Part shown: positions 18,555 to 28,840 of the stretch, one piece after another
Position numbering within the stretch: the first letter of the stretch is position 1
Layout: each line of letters begins with the position of its first letter
Assembly: GCA_963667785.2 (NCBI GenBank)
Contig: CAXXMU010000002.1
Location: 608,001-672,000, forward strand
Direction of reading: 5' to 3'
Source of the DNA: Alphaproteobacteria bacterium
GTDB taxonomy: Bacteria > Pseudomonadota > Alphaproteobacteria > UBA828
DNA: 64,000 bases
Translations under genes and position numbers: made by a program
The notes under the pieces: generated by a model
Databases searched by the model: none
What the model was told of the DNA's origin: nothing
Seen by the model: only the letters and a program-made list of their open reading frames with translations

Positions 18555-20024
18555 TCACTCGCCCCGCAGCAGGTCGAAGGCGACGCTGATGCGCTCGCCT
18601 TCGCCGGCGAAGGGCAGGGTGCGGTGAAACATGTACGAGGGGAAGAGCAGCATCAGCCCTTCCTCCGGCTCGATCAGGCGGGTCTCCGGCTCCGCCCTCA
18701 TACGGAAGTCCCAGTAGGGGCGGCCGAACTCGATCCACCCGGCGGTGCCGTCGTCGTCCGCGCCGAGGGAGCGGGGCAGGGCGACGTAGTAGACGCCGCT
18801 GAGCCAGGCCGAGGGGTGGATGTGGGGCACCTGGTAGGCGCCCTCGTCGAGGATCACCCCCCACGCCGTGATCCTGACGCTCTGCGGAACGTCGGCGAGG
18901 AAGGGATGGCCGGGGTCCTGCGGCAGCGCCGCGCGATAGGCGTCGAGCGCGCGCTCCACCAGCACGCCGAACGCCGCCGCCGGGCCACCCCGGCCGGGCA
19001 GCAGCTCGCCGGTGCTGCGCCCGCGCTCCATGGAGTAGCTCTCCGGCGCCTCCCGCAGCGTCGGATGCTCCCGGACGTGGGCGGCGAGCGCCTCGTTGAA
19101 GGCAGCGATGTCGCCGAAGCCGGCGGGCGGGGCGCAGCGCTCGCGGCGCAGCAGGCGGTCGAAGTCGAGCAGGGCGCGCGCCTCTTCCCGCTCGCCCGCT
19201 TCCTGCAGCGCCACCGCCTTCATCGCCAGCGCGCCGCTCTGGCCCGGCCGGCGCGCCAGCAGATCGTCGCAGGCGGCGAGCGCGGCCTGCGGATCGCGGC
19301 GGTCGAGATGGGCATGGACGTGGCGCGGCTTCCCCACCTCGAACGAGGAGTCGAGGATGTCGGGGCGGAACGCCGCGGCCTGCCCGTAGGCCGCCACCGC
19401 CTCGTCGAGACGGCCCCCGGCATAGAGGACGTTCCCCAGCGCGAAGTGGGCCTCGGCATTGCCGGGCTCGATCTCCAGCGCCTGGCGGAAGGCGCGCGCG
19501 GCCTCGTCGAGATCGCCCCTCGCGTGGTGGACGAGCCCGATGCGGAGCAGGGTGCCCGCGTGATCGGGACGCAGCGCGGCCGCCCGGCCGAAAGCCCCGG
19601 CGGCGCCGTCGAGGTCTCCGGCGGCCCGCAGCGCCTGACCGAGATTGAGGTGGGTCTCGGCCCTCTCCGGGTCGATCGCGACGGCCCGGCGATAGGCGGC
19701 GAGGGCTGCGTCGATGCGCCCCGCCGCCTGCAGCACGTTGCCGAGGTCGTTGTGGGCGCCGGCGTCGCCGGCATCGAGGGCGACGGCGCGTTGCAGCAGC
19801 ATCGCCGCCTCGTCCAGCGCCTCGAGCCGGAAGGCGGCCAACGCGCAGGCCTTCAGCGCGTCGCGGTGGTCGGGGCGGGCGGCGAGAACGCTGCGGTAGA
19901 GCGCCCGCGCCTCCGCGTGCCGCCCGGTCCGCCCGTAGCGCGCGGCGCGGTGCATCGCCTCCCGCACGCGCGTCGGCGAGAGCCGCTGCCTCCTGCCTCC
20001 CTCCGCCCGTCTCCCGCTCGCCAT
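18555..20024 (-). CDS. TPR-repeat protein with C-terminal putative 2OG-Fe(II) oxygenase domain
   Basis: Several TPR units, then PHIHP.AWLSGVYYV, LFPSY..H.T.P, RISVAFD. Confidence 0.82.
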   Translation of the reverse strand: MASGRRAEGGRRQRLSPTRVREAMHRAARYGRTGRHAEARALYRSVLAARPDHRDALKACALAAFRLEALDEAAMLLQRAVALDAGDAGAHNDLGNVLQAAGRIDAALAAYRRAVAIDPERAETHLNLGQALRAAGDLDGAAGAFGRAAALRPDHAGTLLRIGLVHHARGDLDEAARAFRQALEIEPGNAEAHFALGNVLYAGGRLDEAVAAYGQAAAFRPDILDSSFEVGKPRHVHAHLDRRDPQAALAACDDLLARRPGQSGALAMKAVALQEAGEREEARALLDFDRLLRRERCAPPAGFGDIAAFNEALAAHVREHPTLREAPESYSMERGRSTGELLPGRGGPAAAFGVLVERALDAYRAALPQDPGHPFLADVPQSVRITAWGVILDEGAYQVPHIHPSAWLSGVYYVALPRSLGADDDGTAGWIEFGRPYWDFRMRAEPETRLIEPEEGLMLLFPSYMFHRTLPFAGEGERISVAFDLLRGE

Positions 20025-20070
20025 GCCCGCGAGACTCCTCCGTCGTCCGCGCCGGAGATGCTAGCCCGCC

Positions 20071-21156
20071 TTAGGGGCCGGGGCGATGGCGCGCGGCATG
20101 GCGGACCAGCTTGCGCGTCAGTGCCGGCAGCGCGTGCTCCGAGAAGCGGGAGGGCGGGCACCAGATGCCGGCAAGGTCGCCGCCTCCGCCGTCGGTCTCG
20201 GCGGTCGCCACCAGGAACTCGATCTCGAAATGGGTGAAGCCGTGCCGCACCGGCTCCGGCAGCGCCTGCCAGGGGCGCGCCTCGGGCGCATGGGTCGTTG
20301 CCTCCGCGAGCTCCCAGGGCTCCGCCCGCCAGGGCGTGCTCGGCAGCTCGATCATTCCGCCGAGCAGGCCCTCGTCCGGCCGGCGCCGCAGCAGCACGGC
20401 GCCGTCGGCGCGCATCAGCCAGAAGGCGACGCCGTGGCGCAGCGGACGCGGGCGCGTGCGAGCCCGGCGCGGCAGGCTCTCGGCGAGGCCCCGCGCCCGC
20501 CCCTCGCAGGCGCCCTGCCAGGGGCAGGCGAGGCAGCCGGGCTTGCGCGGCGTGCAGACCGTGGCGCCGAGGTCCATCAGCGCCTGCGCGTAGTCGCCGG
20601 GCCGGGTGCGGGGGGTGAGCGCGGCGGCGAGAGCGTGCAGCGCGGGCTTCGCCGCCGGCAGCGGCGTCTCGACCGCGCGCAGGCGGGCGATCACCCGCTC
20701 GACATTGCCGTCGACCACGGTCGCCGGCCGCCCGTAGGCGATGGCAGCGATGGCGGCGGCGGTGTAGCGCCCGATCCCCGGCAGCGCCCGCAGCGCCTTC
20801 TCGTCGGCCGGGAAGCGCCCGCCCTGATCGGCCAGCACGGCCCGCGCGCAGGCGTGCAGGTTGCGGGCACGGGCGTAGTAGCCGAGCCCCTGCCAGGCAT
20901 GGAGCACCTCATCGAGCTCGGCGGCGGCGAGCGCCTCCAGGGTCGGCCAGCGCTCCAGGAAGCGCCGGAAATAGCCGGCGACGACCGGCACGGTGGTCTG
21001 CTGCAGCATGATCTCGCTGAGCCAGACCTCGTAGGGCTCCGGCGTCTCGCCGGGCGGTGCGCGCCAGGGCAGGCGGCGGCGGTGGCGGTCGTACCAGTCG
21101 AGCAGCAGCCGGGCCAGCCGCGCAGGCGAGTCGGGCTTCGGCTTCGACTCTGGCAT
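20071..21156 (-). CDS. mutY: A/G-specific adenine glycosylase
   Basis: VWLSEIMLQQT, WQGLGYYARARN, LPGIGRYTA, VDGNVERV, C-x6-C-x2-C-x5-C. Confidence 0.96.
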   Translation of the reverse strand: MPESKPKPDSPARLARLLLDWYDRHRRRLPWRAPPGETPEPYEVWLSEIMLQQTTVPVVAGYFRRFLERWPTLEALAAAELDEVLHAWQGLGYYARARNLHACARAVLADQGGRFPADEKALRALPGIGRYTAAAIAAIAYGRPATVVDGNVERVIARLRAVETPLPAAKPALHALAAALTPRTRPGDYAQALMDLGATVCTPRKPGCLACPWQGACEGRARGLAESLPRRARTRPRPLRHGVAFWLMRADGAVLLRRRPDEGLLGGMIELPSTPWRAEPWELAEATTHAPEARPWQALPEPVRHGFTHFEIEFLVATAETDGGGGDLAGIWCPPSRFSEHALPALTRKLVRHAARHRPGP

Positions 21157-21248
21157 CGGCGCCCCGCTCACCGGCCGCCGCGCCGCTTCACAGCGGGCGG
21201 CAATGGGCGTACACCGTAGCCCTGACCCCGCGACTCCCGGCCCCGGAC

Positions 21249-21713
21249 ATGCGCAAGGCCCGCCAGGCGCAGCCTCTCTCCTCGCTGATCGGCAGGATCG
21301 CCGCCAGGTCCTTCGAGTCGCGGGGGCTCGCGGCGGCAGGGATCGCCGGCGCGTGGCCCGCGATCGTGGGCGAAGCCGTCGCGGCATGCTCGTGGCCCGA
21401 GCGCCTGGGGCGGGACGGCACGCTCCGGGTCTGCGTCGCCGGCCCGGTCGCGGTCGAGCTGCAGCATCTCGAGCCCCAGATCCTGGAGCGGATTGCCGTG
21501 CACTACGGCTACCGCGCGGTAACCCGGATCGCCTACGTCAACCGGGCGCCGCGGGCGCCCGTGACAGGCGGCAAACAGAGGCCGGCCCGGGCGAAAACCG
21601 ACTCGGAGTCGCTCGCGCGCGTCGAATCGGCGGTCGGCGCCACGCGGGACGCCCGCCTGAAGGCGGCCCTCGCGGCCCTGGGGCGCGCCGTTCTCACGCG
21701 CCCGCGCAAATAG
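21249..21713 (+). CDS. DUF721 / DciA-like protein
   Basis: W..IVG..VA....PE.L, GTL.V, A.ELQH....I..RI...YG...V.RI; divergent from mutY as in alphaproteobacteria. Confidence 0.8.
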   Translation: MRKARQAQPLSSLIGRIAARSFESRGLAAAGIAGAWPAIVGEAVAACSWPERLGRDGTLRVCVAGPVAVELQHLEPQILERIAVHYGYRAVTRIAYVNRAPRAPVTGGKQRPARAKTDSESLARVESAVGATRDARLKAALAALGRAVLTRPRK

Positions 21714-21844
21714 CAACCCGCTGATAAACCGCATGTATTTCGACTGAAAGAGCGGCGACCCGGGGCGCTCAGACGCCACCGGGCGAGGCCGGGATCAGAC
21801 GAACTATACTTTTCGCCGCGCCCGTGCGTACAGTCCGCGCCGGA

Positions 21845-22588
21845 ATGGTCAGCGAGGCCGTCACGTCGCAGGAAGCCCCGCCGGGTGCCGGAAGGGACTC
21901 GGTCTTCTCCTCCGTGCGGCAACTGGACCAGCCGCCACTCATACTACCGGTGGGGTTGGCCTTCGACAGCCGCCTCAAGATGGAGGGGCTCTGCTTCCTC
22001 GGCCTGCTGCCGGACGCCACCGTCCCCGTCGCCTTCCTGGACCCGCAGTATCGCGGCGTGCTCGATCATCTCGCCTACGGCAACGAGGGCGTGCGCCGCG
22101 GCGCAGGCCGCGCCGCCCTGCCGCAGATGACCGACGAGATCCCGTCGTTCATCCGCGAGCTCGACCGCTGCCTGATGCCGAGCGGACATCTCTTCCTGTG
22201 GACGGACAAGTACCACCTCTGCACCGGCTTCGGCGACTGGCTCGCGGGCACCGCGCTCGCCATCGTGGACATGGTGACCTGGCACAAGAAGCGCATCGGC
22301 ATGGGCTACCGCACCCGGCGGGCGAGCGAATACCTGATCGTGCTGCAGAAGGCGCCGCGCAAGGCCAAGGGCGTGTGGAAGGTGCACACCATCCCCGACG
22401 TGTGGAGCGAGGCGGTCGAGCCCCGCAACCGCGTCCACCCCAAGCCGGTCGGCCTTCAGGCCGCCCTGATCGAGGCGGTCAGCAATCCGGGCGACGTGGT
22501 CGTCGATCCGGCGGCGGGCTCCTTCTCGGTCATGGAGGCGTGCAGGCAGACGGGGCGGAGCTTCCTCGGATGCGACATCAATGGATGA
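21845..22588 (+). CDS. Orphan site-specific DNA methyltransferase (N6A/N4C, beta-class order)
   Basis: Motif IV-like DPQY near the N-terminus, HPKP, motif I-like VVVDPAAGSFS near the C-terminus, FLGCDI; start uncertain (21824/21845). Confidence 0.82.
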   Translation: MVSEAVTSQEAPPGAGRDSVFSSVRQLDQPPLILPVGLAFDSRLKMEGLCFLGLLPDATVPVAFLDPQYRGVLDHLAYGNEGVRRGAGRAALPQMTDEIPSFIRELDRCLMPSGHLFLWTDKYHLCTGFGDWLAGTALAIVDMVTWHKKRIGMGYRTRRASEYLIVLQKAPRKAKGVWKVHTIPDVWSEAVEPRNRVHPKPVGLQAALIEAVSNPGDVVVDPAAGSFSVMEACRQTGRSFLGCDING

Positions 22589-23225
22589 GGGCAGGACAGT
22601 GATTTCGCGGCGTTTTCTGCTCGGGGCCATGGCGGCGATTCCGGCCCTTCCGGCGGCCGCCCTGGTGGCGCCGGCGCGCTCGCTCGGCGCCGGCATCGGC
22701 GAAAGGCCCGGCGACCTGGCCCAGGGCGATCCGAACGCGCCGGTCACCCTGATCGAGTATTTCTCGCTCACCTGCCCCCACTGCCAGTGGTTCCACCAGA
22801 ACATCTACGACCGCCTCAAGCCGGACTACGTGGATGCAGGCAGGCTGCGCTACGTGGCGCGCGACTTCCCGCTCAACGCGCCGGCCCTTCATGCCGCCAT
22901 CCTCGCCCACTGCGCCGGGCGTGAGCGCTACTTCACCTTCGTCGACGTGCTGTTCCAGACCTTCGACGACTGGGCGCGCAGCAGCCGCTACATGGACGAG
23001 CTGGTCCAGCTCGGCGAGCTGGGCGGGGTGAGCCGGGAGCGGTTCGAGGACTGCCTCGCGGACAAGGATCTCGAGGACTCGATCTTCCGCTCGATGGGGA
23101 TGGCCCAGGACGAACACGACGTGTCCTCCACCCCGACGATCGTCGTCAACGGCGAGAAGTACGACGGCAAGATGACCTACGAGGCGCTGACCCGTCACAT
23201 CGACCGTCTGCTCCAGGGCTCCTAG
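22581..23225 (+). CDS. DsbA-family thioredoxin-fold protein, Tat-type signal
   Basis: SRRFLLG, GDPNAPVTLIEY.S.TCPHC, RDFPL, STPT. Confidence 0.9.
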   Translation: MDEGRTVISRRFLLGAMAAIPALPAAALVAPARSLGAGIGERPGDLAQGDPNAPVTLIEYFSLTCPHCQWFHQNIYDRLKPDYVDAGRLRYVARDFPLNAPALHAAILAHCAGRERYFTFVDVLFQTFDDWARSSRYMDELVQLGELGGVSRERFEDCLADKDLEDSIFRSMGMAQDEHDVSSTPTIVVNGEKYDGKMTYEALTRHIDRLLQGS

Positions 23226-23240
23226 GCGGAGGGGACGCCC

Positions 23241-26200
23241 GTGCAGGTCACGAAGCTCAGGGTCGCCGGCTTCAAGTCCTTCGTCGAGCCGACGGAGCTC
23301 TACATCGAGCCCGGGCTCACCGGGATCGTCGGCCCCAACGGCTGCGGCAAGTCGAATCTCGTCGAGGCGATGCGCTGGGTCATGGGCGAGACCGCGCCCC
23401 GCCAGGTGCGCGGCGGCGGCATGGAGGACGTGATCTTCGGCGGCACCACCCGCCGCCCGTCCCACGGCCTCGCCGAGGCCACGCTCAGCCTCGACAACAC
23501 GGACCGCACCGCGCCGCCGGCGCTGAGCGAGGCGGCCGAGATCGAGGTGACCCGGCGGATCGAGCGCGGCGAGGGCTCCACCTACACCCTCAACGGCAAC
23601 GAGGTCCGCGCCCGCGACGTCCAGCTCCTGTTCGCCGACGCCGCTACCGGCGCGCACAGCTCCGCGCTGGTGGGGCAGGGGCGCATCGGCGACATCATCG
23701 GGGCGAAGCCGGTCCAGCGCAGGGCCCTGCTCGAGGAGGCCGCCGGCATCACCGGCCTGCACGCCAGGCGCCACGAGGCCGAGCTCAAGCTCCGGGCGGC
23801 GGAGACCAACCTCGAGCGTCTGCAGGACGTGATCGGCACCCTCGAAGGGCAGCTTCGCGACCTCGAGCGCCAGGCGCGCCACGCCCGGCGCTACAAGCGG
23901 CTCTCCGGCAAGATCCGCGAGACCGAGGCGGTGCTGCTGCTGGTGCGCTGGACGGCGGCCCGGCTCCGCGCCGAGGAGGTGTCGCGCCAGGCCGACGAGA
24001 CCGCGTGGAAGGTCGAGCGCGCCACCGCCGAAGCCGCCGAGGCGGCGCGCCGCCAGGCCGATGCCGCGGCGATCCTGCCCGAGCGGCGGCGCCACGAGAC
24101 CGAGCGCGCGGCCGCCCTGCAGAGGCTGCGCATCGAGCACGAGCGGCTGGCGGAGGAGGAGGAGCGCCTCGCCCGCGCCCGCGAGGAGAACGCGGCGCGG
24201 CGCAGCCAGATCGCCGCCGACATCGGGCGCGAGGAAGCGCTCGCCGCCGAGGCCGCCGGGGCCCGCCGCCGCCTCGACGAGGAGAGCGGCCGGCTCGCCC
24301 GCGAGGCCGAAGGCGACGCCGAGGCCGAAGCCGCGGCACGCACGGCCCGCGAGGAGGCGCGCGCCGAGGTCGAGGCGGCAGATCGGCGCCTCGCCGCGCT
24401 CGCCCAGGCGGAGGCCCGGGCGGAGGCGGAGCGCGAGGCCCTCGGCAGGCGGATCGGGGACGCGCGAGACCGGCGTGCGCGACTCGAGCGGGATCTGGCT
24501 GTCGCGCTCGACGAGCGCGCGGCGCTGGAGAAGGGCTCGCCGGCCGACGATCGCCTGGCCGAGGCCCGAGTCGCCGAAAGTGCGCACGCCGCGCGGTTCG
24601 AGGAGGCGCGGACTGCGCTGCGCGAGGCGGAGGCCGCGCGTGCCCGTGCCGAGGACCGCGAGCGGTCGCTGCGCGAGGAGCTGCGCGCGGCCGATGCTAA
24701 GCTCGCAGGAAATGAAGCGGAGCGCGCGGCGCTGGCCGCGCTGCTCGCCGCGCCTGATGCCGGCAACGGCCCGGCACTGTGGGACCGGGTGACGGTGAAG
24801 CCGGGCTTCGAGGCCGCCGTGGGCGCTGCGCTCGGCGACGACCTCCAGGCCGGCACCGACGAGGACGCGCCGGTGCACTGGCGCACCCTCGCCGGGGCAT
24901 CCGATCCCGCGCCGCTGCCGCCGGGCGCCTCGCCGCTCGCAGACGCGGTACGGGCGCCGCAGGCGCTGGCGGCGCGGCTCGCGCAGATCGGCGTGGTGGC
25001 GGAAGCCGAGGGCGCCCGCCTGCAGCAGGCTCTCCGCCCCGGCCAGCGACTCGTCAGCCGTGAGGGCTCGCTCTGGCGCTGGGACGGCTTCACGGTGGCC
25101 GCCGACGCGGCGACGGCGGCGGCCCGCCGGCTCGAGGCGCGGAACCGGCTGGCGGCGCTGGCCGGAACCTGCGCCGAGGCCGAGGGCGCCAAGAGCGCGG
25201 CAGAGCAGGCCGTCGCGGCGGCGACGGCGGCCAGGGAGGAGGCGGAGGCCGCCTGCGGCCGGATCCGCGCCGCTGCCGACGAAGCGGCGGACGCGCTGCG
25301 GCAGGCGCGGGAGGCGAAGTCCCTGGCCTCGGCCGAGGCGGCGGCGGCGCGAACGCGGCTTGCCTCGCTGGAGGAGACGGTCACGCGGCTCCGGCAGGAG
25401 AACGCGGAGACGGACGAGGCCGAGCGCCTGGCGCAGGCCGCGCTCGACGCCCTGCCGGCCGAGGACGACGCAGGCGGCAAGGTGGAGGTCGCCCGCCTGC
25501 GGGACGAGCTGGCCGCTCTCCGCAACCGCTACGAGGAGCGGGCGGCCCGCCACCACGAGGTCGCCCAGGCGGCCGCCGGGCGCGGCACCCGGCTCGCCGG
25601 GCTGGCGCGGGAGAGCGAGATCTGGGCGGCGCGCGGGGGCAGCGCGCGGCAGCGCCTCGCGGACCTCGCCGAACGGCGGGACGAAGCCGAGGCGGCGCGT
25701 GCCGCGCTTGACGCCCGCCCCGCCGCGCTGGAGGCGAGGCGGGCCGACCTGCTCGACGCCATCGGGCGCGAGGAGGCGACGCACCGCAGCGCCGTCGATG
25801 CGCTGGCCCGAGCCGAGGAGGAGGCGAAGGCGGCGGCCGGCGCGCTCAGGCAGGCCGAAGCGGCGCTGGGCGCGGCCCGCGAGGACAAGGCCCGGCTGGA
25901 GGGTCTCGTGACCGAAGCCGGCCACGCGGAGGACCATGCCGCGCAGCAGATCACGGAGCGACTCGGCGTGGCGCCGGCGGAGGTCCACGCGGTCGCCGGA
26001 CTTGCGCCCGAGGACGAGCTTCCCGATGCCGAGGCGGTGGAGATCAGGCTCCAGCGCCAGATCCGCGAGCGCGAGAACATCGGCGCCGTGAACCTGCGGG
26101 CGGAAGAGGAGGCAGGCGAGCTCGAAGAGCGCATCCGCGAGATGCAGGACTCCCGCACCGACCTGCTGGAAGCGATCGGCCGCCTGCGCCGGGGCATCGC

Positions 26201-26705
26201 GAGCCTCGACCGCGAGGGGCGGGAGCGGATGCGGGAGGCCTTCGGCACCATCGACGGACACTTCCGGCGCCTCTTCACCGAGCTCTTCGGCGGCGGCAAG
26301 GCCCACCTCGCGCTGATCGATTCCGACGATCCACTGGAAGCGGGGCTGGAGGTCGTGGCGAGCCCGCCCGGCAAGCGGGCGCAGTCGCTCTCGCTGCTTT
26401 CCGGCGGCGAGAAGGCGCTGACCGCCATCGCGCTGCTCTTCGCCGCGTTCCTGACCAACCCGGCGCCGCTCTGCGTGCTCGACGAGGTCGATGCCCCGCT
26501 GGACGACGCCAACGTGGAGCGCTTCTGCTCGCTCGTCGCCAGGCTGGCCGAGGAGACGCGCACCCGCTTCGTCATCGTCACCCACCACCGCATCACCATG
26601 GCCCGCGTCGACAGGCTGTTCGGCGTCACCATGGTGGAGCAGGGGGTCTCCGAGCTCGTGTCGGTCGATCTGGAGCGCGCCGTGCGTCTGCGGGAGAGCG
26701 CCTGA
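23241..26705 (+). CDS. smc: Chromosome segregation protein SMC
   Basis: GFKSF, VGPNGCGKSN, long coiled coils, LSGGEKAL, LDEVDAPLDD, VTH. Confidence 0.96.
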   Translation: MQVTKLRVAGFKSFVEPTELYIEPGLTGIVGPNGCGKSNLVEAMRWVMGETAPRQVRGGGMEDVIFGGTTRRPSHGLAEATLSLDNTDRTAPPALSEAAEIEVTRRIERGEGSTYTLNGNEVRARDVQLLFADAATGAHSSALVGQGRIGDIIGAKPVQRRALLEEAAGITGLHARRHEAELKLRAAETNLERLQDVIGTLEGQLRDLERQARHARRYKRLSGKIRETEAVLLLVRWTAARLRAEEVSRQADETAWKVERATAEAAEAARRQADAAAILPERRRHETERAAALQRLRIEHERLAEEEERLARAREENAARRSQIAADIGREEALAAEAAGARRRLDEESGRLAREAEGDAEAEAAARTAREEARAEVEAADRRLAALAQAEARAEAEREALGRRIGDARDRRARLERDLAVALDERAALEKGSPADDRLAEARVAESAHAARFEEARTALREAEAARARAEDRERSLREELRAADAKLAGNEAERAALAALLAAPDAGNGPALWDRVTVKPGFEAAVGAALGDDLQAGTDEDAPVHWRTLAGASDPAPLPPGASPLADAVRAPQALAARLAQIGVVAEAEGARLQQALRPGQRLVSREGSLWRWDGFTVAADAATAAARRLEARNRLAALAGTCAEAEGAKSAAEQAVAAATAAREEAEAACGRIRAAADEAADALRQAREAKSLASAEAAAARTRLASLEETVTRLRQENAETDEAERLAQAALDALPAEDDAGGKVEVARLRDELAALRNRYEERAARHHEVAQAAAGRGTRLAGLARESEIWAARGGSARQRLADLAERRDEAEAARAALDARPAALEARRADLLDAIGREEATHRSAVDALARAEEEAKAAAGALRQAEAALGAAREDKARLEGLVTEAGHAEDHAAQQITERLGVAPAEVHAVAGLAPEDELPDAEAVEIRLQRQIRERENIGAVNLRAEEEAGELEERIREMQDSRTDLLEAIGRLRRGIASLDREGRERMREAFGTIDGHFRRLFTELFGGGKAHLALIDSDDPLEAGLEVVASPPGKRAQSLSLLSGGEKALTAIALLFAAFLTNPAPLCVLDEVDAPLDDANVERFCSLVARLAEETRTRFVIVTHHRITMARVDRLFGVTMVEQGVSELVSVDLERAVRLRESA

Positions 26706-26788
26706 GCGCGAAAGACCGGATTCGGCGGGCGGCAGATTTTCGTGTTATTTCATACTATTACGGCGCCCGTCAGCGCCGCTTCCCCGGC

Positions 26789-26817
26789 TTGACAGGGGGC
26801 GGGGCAGCCCCTATGGT
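26789..26817 (+). promoter_or_regulatory. Sigma70 promoter of the atp F0 operon
   Basis: TTGACA-N17-TATGGT with an AT-rich stretch upstream (26737-26760). Confidence 0.7.
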
Positions 26818-26870
26818 GCGGGCGTTTTTCGACTGCGGGGCCTGCGCGCGCCCTGGCCGAGCGGGTTTGC

Positions 26871-27221
26871 ATGGACGACAAACCACGGCCGTCCCTGGAG
26901 GATCTTGGCTCCCGGCTGCGCAAGGCCCGAGGCGAAGACGGGTCGGGCGATCGGGGACGATTGCCCGGCACGCGCCTTGGGCAAGCGCTGCACCTCGCGA
27001 TCGAAATGGCGGCCGCGCTGGCCGTCGGCGGCGGCATCGGCTGGCTGCTCGACGACTGGCTCGGTACCAGGCCGTGGCTGTTCGTGGTCTTCATCTTCGT
27101 GGGGATCGCGGCCGGCATCCTGAACGCATTTCGGGCGGCACAGAGGATGGGGGCCACGCCGTTGTCCCGCGTTGACGCGGAGCGGCGTGACGAGGGACAG
27201 GACGAGCGAAGCCAGGGGTAG
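26871..27221 (+). CDS. atpI: ATP synthase protein I (AtpZ/AtpI family)
   Basis: E..A..AVG..IGW.LD.WLGT.PW motif; first gene of the F0 operon. Confidence 0.9.
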   Translation: MDDKPRPSLEDLGSRLRKARGEDGSGDRGRLPGTRLGQALHLAIEMAAALAVGGGIGWLLDDWLGTRPWLFVVFIFVGIAAGILNAFRAAQRMGATPLSRVDAERRDEGQDERSQG

Positions 27222-27229
27222 GACGGCCA

Positions 27230-28003
27230 GTGGCAACGACGGAGAACGGCGCCGCCGGGCACAACGGCGATGCGCATCACGGCCCGCTCGATCAGTTCGC
27301 GATCAACCGCTACGTCGAGATAGACCTCGGCGGCTTCGACGCATCCTTCACCAACTCCGCGCTGATGATGTGCGTGACCGTGATCATCATCACGGCGCTC
27401 ACGACGCTCGGCATGGGGCGCGGGCGCCTGGTGCCGGGCAGGCTGCAGTCGATCGTCGAGATGAGCTACGAGATGATCGCCCGAATGCTGGGCGACATCG
27501 TGGGCGGCCGCGGCGCGCAGAAATTCTTCCCGTTCGTCTTCAGCCTGTTCATGTTCCTGCTGCTCGGCAACGTGCTCGGGCTGATTCCCTATTCCTTCAC
27601 CTTCACCAGCCACATCATCGTAACGCTCGCGTTCGCGCTGGTGGTCTTCGTCGGCGTGACGATCCTCGCCATCGTCATCCACAAGCACCGCTTTCTCACC
27701 TTCTTCCTGCCGCCCGGCGTGCCGATCTGGATGGCGCCGCTGCTGGTACCGATCGAGGTGGTCTCCTACATGGCGCGGCCGATCAGCCTGTCGGTGCGTC
27801 TCTTCGCCAACATGATGGCGGGACATTCGATCCTGCACGTGTTCGGCGCCTTCGTCTTCGTCCTGAGCTTCGCCGGCGTCCTGCCGTTCGCGTTCATCGT
27901 CGCCCTCTACGGGCTCGAGCTTCTCGTCGCCGTGCTCCAGGCCTACGTCTTCACCATTCTGACCTGCCTCTACATCCGCGACGCGATCGAGTTGCATCAC
28001 TGA
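27230..28003 (+). CDS. atpB: F0 ATP synthase subunit a
   Basis: [43 protein letters not shown]. Confidence 0.97.
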   Translation: MATTENGAAGHNGDAHHGPLDQFAINRYVEIDLGGFDASFTNSALMMCVTVIIITALTTLGMGRGRLVPGRLQSIVEMSYEMIARMLGDIVGGRGAQKFFPFVFSLFMFLLLGNVLGLIPYSFTFTSHIIVTLAFALVVFVGVTILAIVIHKHRFLTFFLPPGVPIWMAPLLVPIEVVSYMARPISLSVRLFANMMAGHSILHVFGAFVFVLSFAGVLPFAFIVALYGLELLVAVLQAYVFTILTCLYIRDAIELHH

Positions 28004-28061
28004 GCGGACTGGAAGCGGGTCGCACGAAATAGTCTCCGAACAAACCGAGGGAAACAGGATC

Positions 28062-28301
28062 ATGGACGCAGATGCAGCGAAACTGCTCGGTCAGCTCATT
28101 GGCGGCGGCCTCGCCACGATCGGCGTGGCCGGCTCCGGTGTCGGCATCGGCATCATCTTCGGCAACTACGTGTCGGCGGCGGGCCGCAACCCGGCGGCGG
28201 CGCCGAAGCTGTTCGGCAACGTGCTGCTGGGCTTCGCGCTGACCGAGGCGATCGCGCTCTTCGCGCTCGTCATGGCCTTCATCATCCTGTTCGGCTCCTG
28301 A
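28062..28301 (+). CDS. atpE: F0 ATP synthase subunit c
   Basis: GxGxGxG, RNP loop, FALTEA carboxylate. Confidence 0.97.
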   Translation: MDADAAKLLGQLIGGGLATIGVAGSGVGIGIIFGNYVSAAGRNPAAAPKLFGNVLLGFALTEAIALFALVMAFIILFGS

Positions 28302-28345
28302 TCGGCAGCCGCCGGCTGGCCTGAGTCGAAGGCGGGAGGCGCCCG

Positions 28346-28837
28346 ATGCCACAGCTCGAGATGGGGGACTACGCGCCCCAGATCTTCTGGCTGGTCGTCA
28401 CCTTCGTCGCGCTCATGGTGATCATGTGGTCCGTGGGCCTGCCCCGGATCCGGCGCGTCATCGAGGCGCGCGAGTCGAAGATCAGCGAGGATCTCGCCGA
28501 GGCGGAGCGCGCCAAGGGCGAGGCGGAGGCCGCGCTCGAGGCCTACGAGGCGGCGCTGGCCGATGCGCGCTCGCACGCCCACGGCGTGCTCGCCGAGACC
28601 CAGGCGAAGCTGACGGCGGAGGCGGACGCGCTGCGGGCGGAGCTCGATGCCGACCTCGCCGCCAAGGCGGAAGAGGCGGAGGCGCGCATCCAGGAGACGC
28701 GCGCCCAGGCGCTCGCCAGCCTGCGCGACGTGGCCGGCGAGGTCGCGCGCGCGGCCACCGAGCGGCTGGTCGGCACCGCGCCGTCCGAGGACGCCGCCCG
28801 CGCGGCGGTCGACGCGAGCCTGGGCGAGGGGCGCTGA
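28346..28837 (+). CDS. F0 ATP synthase subunit b'
   Basis: MPQL...Y.PQIFWL, LPRI, coiled coil. Confidence 0.93.
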   Translation: MPQLEMGDYAPQIFWLVVTFVALMVIMWSVGLPRIRRVIEARESKISEDLAEAERAKGEAEAALEAYEAALADARSHAHGVLAETQAKLTAEADALRAELDADLAAKAEEAEARIQETRAQALASLRDVAGEVARAATERLVGTAPSEDAARAAVDASLGEGR

Positions 28838-28840
28838 GCC

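Noticed and set aside
22578-26588. 1336-aa minus-strand ORF, and similar long antisense ORFs (e.g. 34039-36081, 41963-44353, 48921-51380)
   Set aside because: Shadow frames opposite well-supported genes, expected in high-GC DNA; no recognisable motifs
23241-26705. SMC as part of a Wadjet/MksBEF defence system together with the MTase
   Set aside because: It is the canonical housekeeping smc in its usual dsbA/atp context, with no jetABD-like genes
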